This document shows positions 62,375 through 64,000 of a DNA stretch of 64,000 nt, piece by piece (position 1 is the first letter of the stretch; each line of letters begins with the position of its first letter). Both the position numbers and the translations under genes were made by a program. The DNA is from Candidatus Spongiisociaceae bacterium (GTDB taxonomy: Bacteria > Actinomycetota > Acidimicrobiia > Spongiisociales > Spongiisociaceae), in NCBI GenBank assembly GCA_965219685.1, contig CBDCOH010000002.1, positions 3,072,001 through 3,136,000 of the forward strand, in the 5' to 3' direction. The notes under the pieces were generated by a model. The model was not told the DNA's origin. It saw nothing but the letters and a program-made list of their open reading frames with translations, and made no database searches.

Positions 62375-64000
62375 CCCGAGTTTGGCGGGTTGGGGGGCTT
62401 TGTGGGGGTGGTTGGTTCGCTGACCTGGGGTTTTGTGGTGTAGAACACCGTTCCGGTGCGAGAATGTAGGGGCGACATATCGTTGATTAGATGGGCTGTT
62501 AGTGGTATTGTTCTGGCCATGTTCGTAAAGACGACCCGCCGTCGCAGGGGCGACAAGGTTTACGAGTATTTGTCTTTGGTGGAGTCTTTCCGCCAAGGGT
62601 CGAAGGTCGGTCACCGGACTCTTTTGCGGCTGGGGGAGGTGACCGCTTTGCGGGAGTCCGGCCAGCTGGAACGGATCGTGGCCGCGCTGGAGCGTCATCT
62701 ACGCCGCGAACGTGTCGATGTGGGGGCGTTGGAAGCTGAGGGGGCGCCTGGGGTGGGGGCGGTAGCGGCGGTGTGGGCGGTGTGGCAGCGGCTCGGCCTC
62801 GACGAGTGGTTCGCTCAGGTCGGCGCTAGACGGGGCGCGAAGGCCTTGGAGCATGCGGTATTCGCGATGGTGGCCAACCGGTTGGTGGCACCGTGCTCGA
62901 AGCGGCAACTGGTTGAGTGGGCCGGGGCGGATGTGGTCATGCCCGAGGGCTGGTCGGCTCCGTCGATTGATCAGTACTACCGGGCCCTGGACGCGGTCGC
63001 CGCTTCCAAGGACGACACGGAGACACATCTGTATTCGCGGTTGTGCGACCTGACGAACCTGGACCTGCGGCTGGTTTGCTACGACCTCACTTCCACATAT
63101 TTCGAGGGTTCGACCCGCCCGTCTGGGCGTTTCCCATCCCGGGCGTTCGGTTACTCGCGGGACCATCGTGCTGATCGGCCCCAGATAGTGATCGGCCTGC
63201 TGTGCACCTCCGACGGGATCCCGATCGCTCATCGGGTGTTCTCGGGCAACACCGCCGATGTCATCACCCTGGCGGCAGTGTTGAGCGACCTGGCCGAGAG
63301 GTTCGCGGTGGGCCGTATCTGTGTGGTCGCTGACAGGGGCCTGATGTCGGCAGCCAACATCGAAGTGGTCGCCGAAGCCGGGTTCGACCACATATTGGCC
63401 ACGAAACTGCGTCGTGACCGTATCAGCAACCAAGCCCTTGCGGCCATCGACGACGACACCGTCTGGGTCGACATAGACCAGTACCGTTGCCGCGCCGCTG
63501 ATATCAGCCTCGAGGACGGCACCCGGGCGGTTGTGGTCGAGTCCGACGGCCGCGCCCGCCGAGACGCCGCCCGCACAGCCCACATCATCGCCGCGGCGGA
63601 GGCAAAACTGCGGGCGCTGGAGCTGCGCGTCCGCGCCGGCAAGCTGAAGGACCCCGCCAAAATCGGGGCGGCCGCGCAGCGTATCCTCGCCTCCGGCGGC
63701 GCCGGACGGCTCTTCGACATCGAGATCGGAGCTGGACGGTTTCTCTACCACTACAACGAAGACACCCACACATACGAAGAACTCCTCGCCGGTCGCTACG
63801 TGCTAGCCACAAGCCTCACACCCGCCCAGGCCCCCACCGCCCAAGTCGTGGACCACTACCGCCAACTGCAAGCAGTCGAGACCCGCTTCAGGGTCCTCAA
63901 AGACTTCCTGAGGCTCCGCCCCGTCAGGCACTGGACCGAACAACGAGTCCGCGGCCACGTCGCGGTCTGCGTCTACGCCGCCCTAATCGAAACCCTCATC
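62375..64000 (+). mobile_element. Second IS1634 copy, inverted relative to the first, runs off the window (transposase from about 62519)
   Basis: IR CCCGAGTTTGGCGGG; alternate-frame ORFs identical to those of 45014-46967. Confidence 0.92.

Overview
GC-rich accessory region. The gene content (SLH-anchored RCC1, cadherin and FN3 proteins; actinobacterial-type IS110/ISL3/IS1634) suggests an actinobacterium such as an Acidimicrobiia-like symbiont; this is inference only. It holds five large surface-protein genes, a GAF-PAS-kinase-REC-wHTH hybrid regulator, glyA, several candidate defence genes (HNH, PD-(D/E)XK nucleases, a WHGYP two-gene operon, a RipA-like membrane protein) and dense nests of IS110, ISL3, IS21, IS3, IS1634 and a group II intron remnant. 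No tRNA, rRNA or CRISPR array was seen. Main observation: four IS110 lineages (my labels A, B, C, D) have upstream non-coding regions whose predicted bridge-RNA target guides match their own insertion sites. Those sites are the donor-guide loops or ends of other IS110 elements (A into B, C into B, D into D'), while lineage B appears aimed at IS3 and IS21 terminal repeats. This suggests an RNA-programmed hierarchy of transposons attacking transposons. Flank swapping also shows a 4.6 kb inversion between two IS110-A copies. All matches were read by eye.
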